Shown: positions 51,672-61,027 of the stretch, one piece after another
Numbering within the stretch: the first letter of the stretch is position 1
Layout of the letters: each line of letters begins with the position of its first letter
The notes under the pieces: generated by a model
What the model was told of the DNA's origin: nothing
The model's database searches: none
Seen by the model: the letters and a program-made list of their open reading frames with translations, nothing else
Translations under genes and position numbers: made by a program
Assembly: GCA_947378965.1 (NCBI GenBank)
Contig: CANCMG010000002.1
Coordinates: 5,938 to 69,937 of the forward strand
Reading direction: 5' to 3'
DNA length: 64,000 nt
DNA from: Alcaligenaceae bacterium
GTDB taxonomy: Bacteria > Pseudomonadota > Gammaproteobacteria > Burkholderiales > Burkholderiaceae_B

Positions 51672-53636
51672 ATGACAGCCATCACCTTTGCCCCACACAT
51701 TCTGTATCTCAGCCAAAGCCTAGAAGCCGTGCGGGTACAACTCGCTGGCGTTCGCCTGACACGGGCCGCGGCAAGCCCCTTACGCGATGACATCTCAACC
51801 GACGAAATCTCGCCTCTGCCGATCATGGTGCATTTTGATGAGGCGCTTGGCCGCTACCCCTATACGGGCTACACCGTTGCTGGCCAACAACCGATTGGCG
51901 TGGGGGCCATTCAACAGGCGCAAATTGAGGTGGTGGTGGGCGGCAAACGCTATGGCAAGGGCAGCTCACGTGAACATAGCCCGGTTGCTGAGCAAGCGGC
52001 TGGGGTGCGCTTAATCATTGCCGAAAGTTTTGAACGCATCTATCGACAAAATGCCGATAATCTCGGTCTGTTCACCTCAACCAATTTTGCTTTGCTCGAG
52101 CGCATCACGCGCGGCCAGGCGATCGAACTTGAAGAGCTCCTTGAAGGGCGCGATGCCGTTGCCGCAGCGATTTTGCGTGCAGGCGGCCTGCTCAACTATG
52201 GGCAAGCACGCTTAAAAGCAACGCCTAAAAAAACACTGGCACTGAAGCAATCGCTGACTCTTTTTGAAAAAATCATTGCGCGGCATTTACTGTCAACTGA
52301 AGACGCGCCGGCTTGGTTGCTGCCCGGTGAAGGCGGTTTTGTACAGGCTGATCTGCGTTTCATTCATGAGTACTACACAGGGATGTGTGCCCACGCTTTG
52401 AACCAGAAATTTGGCCAGGCCTTAGCGTTACACGATTCAGCGAGCATCGTATGTTTCGAAGATCATCTGTCTTACGTCCATCGCAGCCCTGCGCACCTCA
52501 AACAAGGCCTGGTTCCCGCCGTCAATCAACTTTCGAAAGCACACCGCGCGTTTGTTGCGCGCCATCACTTGAAAGATCACGGCTACCTGCAGGCACTTGA
52601 GGCGGGCGATGTCAACAACACTGGGTCTGAAGGCATCTCGCACGCGTTAGTGGCCGAGAACTACGCCTTACCTGGGCAATTGATCGCTGGCACCGATTCA
52701 CACACCCCACACAGCGGCGCGCTAGGCTGCGTCGCGTTCGGTGTAGGCACCACCGATATGGCCAATGCCTTTGTCACCGGAGCCGTGCGCTTTACCATGC
52801 CCGAGAGCTTGCGAGTCAATGTCGCGGGCCCTCTACCCGCAGGCGTATCCGCCAAAGACGTCGTCTTGCATTTGCTGGCTGAGCCAAGCATTCGGGCCGG
52901 CGGTGGCGTAGGTAAAGTCTTTGAATTTGCTGGAGAGGCTGTCAGAGCGATGTCAATCGACGAACGTGCCACGCTGACGAATATGACGGCCGAACTCGGT
53001 GGCTTTACTGGGATCGTCGAACCTGACGAACAAACCGTACGCTTTATCAAAGAGCGTCGTGGCGTTGACTTTATGCTCGAGTCTTGGATGAAGAGCGATC
53101 CAGGCGCTGCCTATGCGCGCACCATTCATATCGATGGCACACGCTTAGTGCCCATGGTGGCTCGACCAGGCGACCCGGGTAACGGCGTCGCGCTCGACAC
53201 ACTCGCCGAGCGCCCCACAATTAACATCGCCTATGGTGGATCGTGTACTGCCGGCAAGCGCGAAGATTTCGACCAATATCATGCGGTCCTGGCCTGGGCT
53301 GCAAGCAAAGGGCTCAAAGCGGCCCCCGGTGTGACGTTGTTTTTACAAGCCGGTACGCAAGGCGTGCGCGATTATTGTTTGGCACAAGGCTATCTGGCCA
53401 CCTTCGAGGCGGTCGGCGCCGAGTTTTTGCAGCCTGCATGCGGGGCCTGCGCAAATTGCGGCCCGGGCTCGTCGTCTCAAGCCGAGCAAATTACCGTAAG
53501 CGCCATTAATCGTAATTTTCCCGGGCGCTCAGGGCCAGGGCAAGTATGGTTAGCCAGCCCCGCAACAGTTGCCGCCAGCGCAATCGCAGGTAAGTTGGTG
53601 TCTTTTGCTGAGCTGCAAGCGAGCCATTCAATGTAA
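51672..53636 (+). CDS. aconitase-family Fe-S (de)hydratase with swivel (LeuD-like) domain at the N-terminus
   Basis: 654 aa. The N-terminal roughly 190 aa carry the LeuD-type YGKGSSREHSP...IIAESFERIYRQNADNLGL. The remainder carries AGTDSHTPHSGALG and cluster cysteines in GGSCTAGK and PACGACANCGPG. Confidence 0.8.
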   Translation: MTAITFAPHILYLSQSLEAVRVQLAGVRLTRAAASPLRDDISTDEISPLPIMVHFDEALGRYPYTGYTVAGQQPIGVGAIQQAQIEVVVGGKRYGKGSSREHSPVAEQAAGVRLIIAESFERIYRQNADNLGLFTSTNFALLERITRGQAIELEELLEGRDAVAAAILRAGGLLNYGQARLKATPKKTLALKQSLTLFEKIIARHLLSTEDAPAWLLPGEGGFVQADLRFIHEYYTGMCAHALNQKFGQALALHDSASIVCFEDHLSYVHRSPAHLKQGLVPAVNQLSKAHRAFVARHHLKDHGYLQALEAGDVNNTGSEGISHALVAENYALPGQLIAGTDSHTPHSGALGCVAFGVGTTDMANAFVTGAVRFTMPESLRVNVAGPLPAGVSAKDVVLHLLAEPSIRAGGGVGKVFEFAGEAVRAMSIDERATLTNMTAELGGFTGIVEPDEQTVRFIKERRGVDFMLESWMKSDPGAAYARTIHIDGTRLVPMVARPGDPGNGVALDTLAERPTINIAYGGSCTAGKREDFDQYHAVLAWAASKGLKAAPGVTLFLQAGTQGVRDYCLAQGYLATFEAVGAEFLQPACGACANCGPGSSSQAEQITVSAINRNFPGRSGPGQVWLASPATVAASAIAGKLVSFAELQASHSM

Positions 53637-53716
53637 CTGGTAAGCTGACCAACTTGCGAGCATGCTCGCGTCCCGTTAGCATTGGGTTTATCTATCATTT
53701 ACAGGAAGACACTCGC

Positions 53717-54829
53717 ATGAGCCAGCTTTTTACCCCCCTCCAAGTCGGACCACTCAAACTGGCCAATCGCATCATTATTGCCCCGATGTGCCAGTACATG
53801 GCCGAAGACGGGCACGTGACTGACTGGCACACGATTCACCTGGGTCAAATGGCGTTATCAGGCGCCGGCCTCTTGATTATTGAAGCCACTGCGGTCGAAG
53901 CGGTGGGTCGCATTACCCATGGCTGTGTGGGGTTGTATTCAGATACGCACGAAGCGGCGCTAAAAAAAGTGATCGATTCTGTGCGCAAGTACTCGACCAT
54001 GCCAATCATGATCCAGCTGGGCCACGCTGGCCGCAAAGCCTCAAGCTATCGTCCCTGGGACGGCGGTCAACTGCAAACGCCAGCGGACGGCGGCTGGGAA
54101 GTTGCCGGGCCCTCTGCGCTCTCACAGTTACCCAACGAAGCGGCACCAAAAGCCTTTGAAAAGGCCGACCTGAACCGTATTCGCGAAGCATTTGTTGACG
54201 CTGCCAAGCGTTCAGTGCGCATCGGTTTTGATGGCATTGAATTGCATAGCGCCCACGGCTACCTGTTGCATCAGTTTTTATCCCCGATTGCAAACCAACG
54301 TACCGACGAGTACGGCGGGTCGCTTGAAAATCGCATGCGGTTTCCGCTTGAGGTCTTCAAAGCCGTGCGCGAGGTCACACCCGCCAATGTCTGTTTGGGT
54401 CTGCGTATTTCAGGGACAGACTGGGTCGAAGGCGGCTGGACAGCTGAAGACAGCATTGTGTTTGGTCGTGCAATCAAAGCGCTGGGCTGCGACTTTATCG
54501 ATGTCTCGAGTGGCGGTGTTTCACCCAAGCAGCAAATCACTCTGGGGCCAAAATACCAGGTGCCACTGGCCACGCAAATCAAAAACGGCACCGGCTTGCT
54601 CACAATGGCCGTTGGTTTGATTACTGAGCCTCAAGAGGCCGAAGACATTATTGTGAATGGCGAGGCCGATATGGTGGCGCTGGCGCGTGGCATGCTGTTT
54701 GACCCACGCTGGCCCTGGCATGCTGCTGCACACCTTGGCGCACAAGTTCAAGTCGCCAAGCCCTACTGGCGTTCGCAGCCACGTGGGTTAAGCACCTTGT
54801 TTGGCGACATCAAGACGGGCGGTCGCTAG
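53717..54829 (+). CDS. NADH:flavin oxidoreductase (Old Yellow Enzyme family)
   Basis: ATG 53717 lies behind AGGAAG (the track starts at 53654). It has PLKLANRIIIAPMCQY and HSAHGYLLHQFLSP. Confidence 0.85.
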   Translation: MSQLFTPLQVGPLKLANRIIIAPMCQYMAEDGHVTDWHTIHLGQMALSGAGLLIIEATAVEAVGRITHGCVGLYSDTHEAALKKVIDSVRKYSTMPIMIQLGHAGRKASSYRPWDGGQLQTPADGGWEVAGPSALSQLPNEAAPKAFEKADLNRIREAFVDAAKRSVRIGFDGIELHSAHGYLLHQFLSPIANQRTDEYGGSLENRMRFPLEVFKAVREVTPANVCLGLRISGTDWVEGGWTAEDSIVFGRAIKALGCDFIDVSSGGVSPKQQITLGPKYQVPLATQIKNGTGLLTMAVGLITEPQEAEDIIVNGEADMVALARGMLFDPRWPWHAAAHLGAQVQVAKPYWRSQPRGLSTLFGDIKTGGR

Positions 54830-55016
54830 TCGCCTGCTGTCAAACAACTGTCCTTCAAGATCGTTCGTTGCGCAGATCGCACGAACGATCGCCTCAAGAC
54901 ACTAACCTCTGTACTTTCTACGGCGATCTTTGGAGCCCCACAGAAACCGCAGCGCAGTGAAGCACTGATATCGGACGCTTAAGTAAAGTATCAATGTCGG
55001 ACGCTGCAGGTATGTA

Positions 55017-55499
55017 TCAATCTCGAAAGTTATTAAACTGCAAAGGCAACTCGACGTCTGCTTTTTTCAGCAACGCGATGGCGTCTTGCAAGTCGTCACG
55101 CTTTTTACCTGTGACGCGCAATTTTTCGCCGGTGATTTGAGTTTCGACTTTAAGCTTGGCTTCTTTAATCGATGCGATCAGTTTTTTAGAAATGGGTTGC
55201 TCGATACCCTGCTTGATCGTCACCTTTTGACGCGCACCCCCCAAGTTTTCGAGCGGGTCAGCCACATCTAAGCATCGGGTATCAATGCCCCGCGCACTTA
55301 ACCGGGCACGCAAGATGTCAAGCATTTGCTTAAGCTGAAAAGCACTGCCTGCAATTTGAGTCACAACAAACCCTTCAAGCTCAAATTTGGCGTCGGTACC
55401 CTTGAAATCAAAGCGCGTACTGAGTTCACGATTGGCCTGATCCACCGCGTTGGTCAGTTCGTGTTTATCGACTTCAGAAACAACATCAAAAGAAGGCAT
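55017..55499 (-). CDS. yajQ: YajQ-family nucleotide / cyclic-di-GMP-binding protein
   Basis: MPSFDVVSEVDKHELTNAVDQANRELSTRFDFKGT from ATG 55499 (the track starts at 55544). Confidence 0.85.
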   Translation of the reverse strand: MPSFDVVSEVDKHELTNAVDQANRELSTRFDFKGTDAKFELEGFVVTQIAGSAFQLKQMLDILRARLSARGIDTRCLDVADPLENLGGARQKVTIKQGIEQPISKKLIASIKEAKLKVETQITGEKLRVTGKKRDDLQDAIALLKKADVELPLQFNNFRD

Positions 55500-55588
55500 G
55501 GCCGTATTCCTAACAAAAGAATCAAGACACATTTTAGGATACATTAGCCTTAGAATGTCGTGAAGTTCACTTCTATCAAGAGATCTCT

Positions 55589-56452
55589 ATGTCCGACTGC
55601 GCCGGCGCCATTGCCCAACTGTTCATTTATCCAATCAAATCTTGCGCGGGCATTGAGGTCACCCAGGCACAGCTCACGGCAACCGGCCTGAGCATGGACC
55701 GCGAATGGATGATCGTCGATCAAGAGGGCATGTTTTTAACCCAACGACAGATCCCCCATATGGTGTGGATCACGCCGGCACTCTCGAGTACCGCACTCAC
55801 ACTTTCAGCACCTGGGTTTGACTCAATCAGCATTCCTCTTGAGCTCCCTGCGTCCCCACAACGGGTCACCGTCTGGCGCGACACGCTACTCGGCGACGAT
55901 CAAGGTGATACGGTGGCGCAGTGGCTTGATGCCTATCTTGCGGTGCCCGGCAAGCACTACCGTTTGATACGTTTTTCAAAACAAGCGCGCCGGCTCTCAG
56001 CCCTCGACTGGACAAAAGGCGTCGAGGCTGTCAACAAGTTTAGTGATGGCTTCGCCGTTCAGGTCGTGACGCAAAGCGCCCTCGATGAGCTCAACACGCG
56101 TTTAATTGAGCAAGGCCACGAAGCTGTCTCGATGTCGCGCTTCAGACCAAATATTGTGCTCGATCGACTCGAGGCACATACCGAAGACCATCTCGGTGAG
56201 CTCACAATTCACACCACCCAAGGCAGCGCACAACTTCACATGGTCAAGCCCTGCCCTCGCTGCGCGATTCCGGATATCAACCCAGAAACGGCGATCTCGT
56301 CACCCGAGGTCAACGATACCCTTCGACCCTATCGCACGTTAGCGCGAGTCAACGGCGCGATCTGTTTTGGTATGAATGGCATTGTTCACGCTGGCGTTGG
56401 TCAGACCCTCGCGGTTGGCCAACAGGCTGAAGGTAATTTCTCTTTTGATTAG
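55589..56452 (+). CDS. MOSC domain-containing protein (YcbX-like, N-terminal beta-barrel plus MOSC)
   Basis: 287 aa with LFIYPIKSCAG, RFRPNIVL and a conserved Cys in KPCPRCAIP. Confidence 0.8.
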   Translation: MSDCAGAIAQLFIYPIKSCAGIEVTQAQLTATGLSMDREWMIVDQEGMFLTQRQIPHMVWITPALSSTALTLSAPGFDSISIPLELPASPQRVTVWRDTLLGDDQGDTVAQWLDAYLAVPGKHYRLIRFSKQARRLSALDWTKGVEAVNKFSDGFAVQVVTQSALDELNTRLIEQGHEAVSMSRFRPNIVLDRLEAHTEDHLGELTIHTTQGSAQLHMVKPCPRCAIPDINPETAISSPEVNDTLRPYRTLARVNGAICFGMNGIVHAGVGQTLAVGQQAEGNFSFD

Positions 56453-56460
56453 CGCGCCTC

Positions 56461-56666
56461 TTTCGAATTACGCTGCTCTTTTGACTGACACTAAGATCAT
56501 TCGATACAAATTTTGAGGCGCGCTGTTCTTTTGATTGGCACTAAGATCATTTGACACACATTTCGAAGCACGCTTTTCTTCTTGTGATCAACACTAAGAT
56601 CCTCTGATATAAATTTCGAAGCATGCTGCTCTTCTTTTGATCGACGCTGAGATCATTCAATACAAA
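56461..56666. repeat. four imperfect tandem copies of a 50-53 bp unit
   Basis: Units begin at 56461, 56511, 56561 and 56614. The consensus is roughly TTTCGAAGCACGCTGCTCTTTTGATYGRCACTAAGATCATTYGAYACAAA. Confidence 0.9.
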
Positions 56667-56734
56667 GGGTGTGCTAAAGTCGATCAAACGATCTTCCATC
56701 ACACTTGGCTGTCACTCTTAAAAGGATCCAAGTC

Positions 56735-56893
56735 ATGATCATGATGTTGCCCTTTTTCACCACACTCATTGCGATTGCGCTCAGCATGCGGGGGCTACGT
56801 CAACAGGCGATTGTCACCTGGGTAATCTCGTTTATCATTTTTTTGGTCTGGATGAAATTTCACATGACCGATACGCTTAACATTTCTCTTTAG
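56735..56893 (+). CDS. small two-TM membrane protein (52 aa), possibly DUF5993-like
   Basis: ATG 56735 lies 8 nt after AAGGA (the track starts at 56705). The sequence is MIMMLPFFTTLIAIALSMRGLRQQAIVTWVISFIIFLVWMKF. It ends 8 nt before the DsbB-like gene. Confidence 0.55.
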   Translation: MIMMLPFFTTLIAIALSMRGLRQQAIVTWVISFIIFLVWMKFHMTDTLNISL

Positions 56894-56901
56894 AGGTTGA
56901 C

Positions 56902-57474
56902 ATGATCAGCCTGACCAACTCGCGCAGCAATCTCAACACCACGTTTTCGAGCCAGCTCAACCTGTTGGCCTTACTCGCTATCTGCGGCTCACTTATTGCA
57001 GCGTTTTACTATCAAATTGCCTTTAACGAGCTGCCCTGCCCGCTCTGTCAGTTGCAACGAGTCGCGCTCACTCTCGCCGGCATTGGCATGCTGCTCAATA
57101 TTCGTTTTGGCGCCTCAAATATCCACTATGCAATGATTCTGGCCTCGGCCTTAGTGGGTGCCGCAACCTCTTTGCGACAAATTCTTTTACATATTGCCCC
57201 AGGTGATCAGGGGTATGGCTCTGCCTTGTTTGGCTTGCATTTTTATACTTGGGGTTTTATTTCTTTTGTCGTCATGATGGTTTTTTGCGCACTGATGCTC
57301 TGCATCGATCGCCAACCCGACAAGCAGCCTAATCGTAGCACTACGGGTTTGATCGCCACCGCGGTGATGATTTTATTTTTTGTACTGGCGGCAGCCAACA
57401 CGGTGAGCTCAGTCATGGTTTGCCAGTTCGGGCCCTGCCCTGATAATCCCACGCAATATCTCTGGAAGTTTTAA
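56902..57474 (+). CDS. DsbB-like disulfide bond formation protein, atypical
   Basis: 190 aa. The first-loop motif LPCPLCQLQR is the DsbB CxxC...R signature. I count five hydrophobic segments and a C-terminal CQFGPC pair. Confidence 0.7.
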   Translation: MISLTNSRSNLNTTFSSQLNLLALLAICGSLIAAFYYQIAFNELPCPLCQLQRVALTLAGIGMLLNIRFGASNIHYAMILASALVGAATSLRQILLHIAPGDQGYGSALFGLHFYTWGFISFVVMMVFCALMLCIDRQPDKQPNRSTTGLIATAVMILFFVLAAANTVSSVMVCQFGPCPDNPTQYLWKF

Positions 57475-57621
57475 CCCGCTTGTTGCTCGATATGCACGTT
57501 CACTTATTGGTCGATTCGCCCCCTCACTTCATCATTGCTATACGCGCGCGTCTTGAATGATATGTCTGCCCAATTCTTGAACGATCAGAGCGTCAAGCCT
57601 CGTCCTTTTGGGTATTGAAGA

Positions 57622-58590
57622 ATGTCAGCCTACGTGCCAAGAGATACCGTTCGTTTGGTTAACATGCGTTTGATGGGCTGCATTGCCGCAGTGCTCGCCC
57701 ATCTGTGCCTGAGTCTTTTTTCATTGGCTCTGCTGCCCAGCGCTCAGGCCACCCCCTTAACACTGCAAAGTCTGCATCAACCCGTGCCTGGGGGTGTGGC
57801 AATCGTTGCCCTGCCCAGTACCAACCGCACCCCACCCAAAGTCACCTTTCTACAAAAACCTGTTTTAGTCGTTGCAAGCCAAGAACAACGCTGGGTGGCG
57901 GTGGTGGGTCTGCCCCTTGACCTTCCAATACAGACTCACGTGCTAATCGTGACCGAGCAGCAGATAAACAGTGAGAGTAATTCTGAGATTAAAGATAAAA
58001 GATATCGCGAAAAGCAGCCGACAACGAGCGAGATCAAGTTTGAAGTCAAAGATAAAAAATATCGTGAACAGCGGATCACGGTCAGCAATAGCCGCCATGT
58101 CAACCCCTTGGCCGACGACATGACTCGCATCACGCGCGAACTTGAGTTGCAAAATGCTGCCTATCGGCAGTTCAGTCCAAATACACCCAGCAATATTCTG
58201 CTTGACCCACCCGTCAAAGGACCTCTCTCAAGCCCCTTCGGTCTGAAACGTTTTTTTAACGGCGAACCCAGAGCGCCACACTCGGGATTAGACTTTGCTG
58301 TACCCACGGGCACCCCGGTGGTTGCGCCTGCGGTTGGCAAAGTGATCTTGACTGGTGATTATTTTTTTAACGGCAATACGGTATTTTTGGATCATGGCCA
58401 AGGCTTGATCACCATGTACTGCCACCTGTCTGTCATTGATGTGAAGGTCGGCGACTCGCTCGCGCGCGGACAAGTGCTTGGCAAGGTGGGAGCCACCGGT
58501 CGGGTAACCGGAGCACATCTGCACTGGAACGTCAGCTTAAACGATGCCCGAGTCGATCCGGCGATCTTTATCGGGCAATTTAAACCGTAG
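57622..58590 (+). CDS. M23-family metallopeptidase
   Basis: 322 aa with a signal-like leader, HSGLDFAVPTGTPVVAP and GAHLHWNV. Confidence 0.88.
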   Translation: MSAYVPRDTVRLVNMRLMGCIAAVLAHLCLSLFSLALLPSAQATPLTLQSLHQPVPGGVAIVALPSTNRTPPKVTFLQKPVLVVASQEQRWVAVVGLPLDLPIQTHVLIVTEQQINSESNSEIKDKRYREKQPTTSEIKFEVKDKKYREQRITVSNSRHVNPLADDMTRITRELELQNAAYRQFSPNTPSNILLDPPVKGPLSSPFGLKRFFNGEPRAPHSGLDFAVPTGTPVVAPAVGKVILTGDYFFNGNTVFLDHGQGLITMYCHLSVIDVKVGDSLARGQVLGKVGATGRVTGAHLHWNVSLNDARVDPAIFIGQFKP

Positions 58591-58706
58591 AGGCGCGCTT
58601 ACGCACCGGCACAAGCTGTCTTGCGTTTGAATCGTTGCTAATCGACAAAGAGACTCTGGCCTTCATTGGAAGAGACGGTTCGACACAGAGACGCTCTGCC
58701 ATGACA

Positions 58707-59078
58707 TTAAGCCGTCGGTACGATGTATTCGCCGTATTGATTTGCGGCTTTTTCAGAATCGGTCGAGTACCAAACAATCAACACGATAATCCCAATAATA
58801 GTAAAGGCAATCAACTGCCACCACCCAGTACGGCCGATATCATGCAAGCGCCTTGCCCCCGCCGCCCAAAGCGGCAAAATCATCGCTAAGCTCACAATGC
58901 CTGAAATGCTCACACCAACCGCCATCTGCGCGAACCAGGTCAGTAATAAAGTAAACAAATAAAACCACCAAAACTCGCTACGCGTCGCACGACCGCTAAA
59001 GGTGGCAAACTTTGAGAAACACGTGGTAATTGCTTTTGGAAAATTCACTGTGGCCTCAGCTCTAAAGTTAGTAGACAC
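58707..59078 (-). CDS. DUF805-family inner membrane protein
   Basis: 123 aa with GRATRSEFWWFYLF and GARRLHDIGRTGWW. Confidence 0.8.
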   Translation of the reverse strand: MSTNFRAEATVNFPKAITTCFSKFATFSGRATRSEFWWFYLFTLLLTWFAQMAVGVSISGIVSLAMILPLWAAGARRLHDIGRTGWWQLIAFTIIGIIVLIVWYSTDSEKAANQYGEYIVPTA

Positions 59079-59256
59079 TGGCGAATACTATATTACGTTT
59101 TACCGGCTAAGCCTCGAATACTGGCTGCGATTGCAGAATTTCTTGTATATTTAGCAACACTTGCCAGTCGGCAGTTTTGCGACTTGCGCAACCGCTTACG
59201 GTATTACCCGCAGCGATTAAAACAATATGCGTCTGAGTGCAGACACCGGAGATCAA

Positions 59257-60216
59257 ATGAAAGCTCGAATTCTTGCCGCCCTGGCTGCTCTAGTGCTTAG
59301 CGCCAATTGCTCAGCGGCGTTTCCTGAGCGGGCAGTGACACTGATTGCGCCATTTCCGGCTGGTGGTGCGGCTGACGTGATCGCTCGTCTGCTAGCCAGA
59401 CAGCTTGAACTGCAACTCGGCAAACCCGTCATCGTCGAAAACAAAGCTGGTGCAGGAAGCGTGATCGGTGCGACCTATGTAGCCAATGCTAAACCTGATG
59501 GGTACACCCTCTTGCTTGGCGCAAACTCAACCTTTGTCCTGAACCCGGCTTTGATGGCTAAGATGCCCTACGATTCTGCGGTAGATTTTGATGCGATCGG
59601 TAAAGTTGGGACCCTCAGCCTAGCGTTATTGGTCAATCCTCAAGTCCTCGCAAAAAACGTCGCAGAGCTGATTGCCCTAATTCGTGCGAACCCCGATAAA
59701 TATTCGTACGCAAGTTATGGCAACGGCACGACATCAAACTTTGCCGGCGCAATGTTCAATTCAGTCACTGGTTTGAACGTGATGCATATCCCCTACAAGG
59801 GCAGCACACCCGCCATGAACGATACGATTGGCGGGCAAGTCCCGATATCTTATGACACGGTTTTGGCGACGACACCACAACATAACGCGGGTCGCGTTCG
59901 GGCAATCGCCGTCACCAGTATCAAGCGTTCACCCTTGCTGCCGAATATCCCCACCTTGGCTGAGTCGGGCTTCAAGGACTTCAACATTGTGGCTTGGAAT
60001 GCCGTTGTCGCTCCAAAAGGTTTACCCGCTGATGTCAAAGCTGTTTTGCAAAAAGCGTTAAAAGCCGTCATTGAAGATCCCGCAGTCGTTGAAAAAATGG
60101 CCGTAACGGGCTTTGATGTCAGTTGGAATCCAGCCAACGATTGGGCGCAAATGATTCGTTCTGAAATTGCTGAGGCCAAAGCGATTGCAGAAAAAGCAAA
60201 AATTACGATCGAATAA
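59257..60216 (+). CDS. Bug-family (TctC-like) substrate-binding protein
   Basis: ATG 59257 lies behind GGAGA (the track starts at 59227). It has a signal peptide, VTLIAPFPAGGAADVIARL and HIPYKGSTPA. Confidence 0.85.
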   Translation: MKARILAALAALVLSANCSAAFPERAVTLIAPFPAGGAADVIARLLARQLELQLGKPVIVENKAGAGSVIGATYVANAKPDGYTLLLGANSTFVLNPALMAKMPYDSAVDFDAIGKVGTLSLALLVNPQVLAKNVAELIALIRANPDKYSYASYGNGTTSNFAGAMFNSVTGLNVMHIPYKGSTPAMNDTIGGQVPISYDTVLATTPQHNAGRVRAIAVTSIKRSPLLPNIPTLAESGFKDFNIVAWNAVVAPKGLPADVKAVLQKALKAVIEDPAVVEKMAVTGFDVSWNPANDWAQMIRSEIAEAKAIAEKAKITIE

Positions 60217-60346
60217 TTGTGTTTTCATTCTGTTGCCGCAACGTACAGATCAATATTTTGTTGAAATTTTGAAGTCATTTTCAAATCACTTTTTTTGAAA
60301 CTGTCGCAGCAACCATCAGGTTCGCTTAAATTTATTTGGATGTTCA

Positions 60347-60961
60347 ATGCCACTTTTTTTAATTCGCCACGGCGAAACCTTGTTAAATGCTGCACGTACT
60401 GTTCAACCTGCCGCAACGCCGCTTGCCCCAAGAGGGCTTGCGCAGGCTGAACTCGTAGCCGCCCGCGTGGTTGGGCTCAAACCTGCGGCGATCTTATCAA
60501 GCGATATGCCGCGCGCCTGGCAAACTGCCGAAGCGATCGCGCGCCATACGGGGCTCGAACCTCTGAGCACTGAACTACTACGTGAACGTAATTTTGGCGA
60601 TTTGCGCGGCCGCCCGTACGACACTCTGAGCTTTAACCCACTTGAGATGCTTGAGGCACCCGCAAACGGAGAATCGCTGGCCGAGTTTCACGACCGTGTT
60701 ACTGAGGCGTTTGAGTATGCGGCGCGACTGCGTATAGCGCTAGATGGTCCGTTGATTGTTGTTTGCCATGGCTTGGTGATTCATGCCATGTTGGCCAATT
60801 GCATTGACGTGGGCAAACATCCCATACCCGCTCGCATCGGCAACACCTCAATCACTCGAGTGATTGCGCAGCATCCCTTCACGGCTGAACTCGTGAACTG
60901 TACCGCGCACTTAGACGGCACCGATTTCGCTGAAGATACTAAAAGTTTATCGGGCGGCTAA
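60347..60961 (+). CDS. histidine phosphatase (phosphoglycerate mutase-like) family protein
   Basis: 204 aa with LFLIRHGETLLN and a later VCHGLVIHA. Confidence 0.85.
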   Translation: MPLFLIRHGETLLNAARTVQPAATPLAPRGLAQAELVAARVVGLKPAAILSSDMPRAWQTAEAIARHTGLEPLSTELLRERNFGDLRGRPYDTLSFNPLEMLEAPANGESLAEFHDRVTEAFEYAARLRIALDGPLIVVCHGLVIHAMLANCIDVGKHPIPARIGNTSITRVIAQHPFTAELVNCTAHLDGTDFAEDTKSLSGG

Positions 60962-61027
60962 CGACTGAGCAGTGTTAGCCGGTCTCTAGCCCATTCGTGG
61001 CTGTGCCTCGCACTCGCGAGCACTCGA

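Noticed and set aside
56461-56666. The repeat array as a CRISPR locus
   Set aside because: The units are contiguous with no unique spacers, they are degenerate, and no cas genes are present.
56495-56740. The GATC cluster as a replication origin or SeqA/Dam site
   Set aside because: There are no DnaA-box-like 9-mers or flanking dnaA/dnaN-type genes. GATC is already frequent throughout this window, so enrichment is only about 3-fold. I kept it only as a low-key note within the repeat finding.
57985-58074. Imperfect in-frame internal repeat in the M23 peptidase (SEIKDKRYRE / EVKDKKYRE)
   Set aside because: It lies in the poorly conserved linker before the catalytic domain and preserves the frame. 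I treat it as ordinary linker expansion and mention it only within the window-wide duplication theme.
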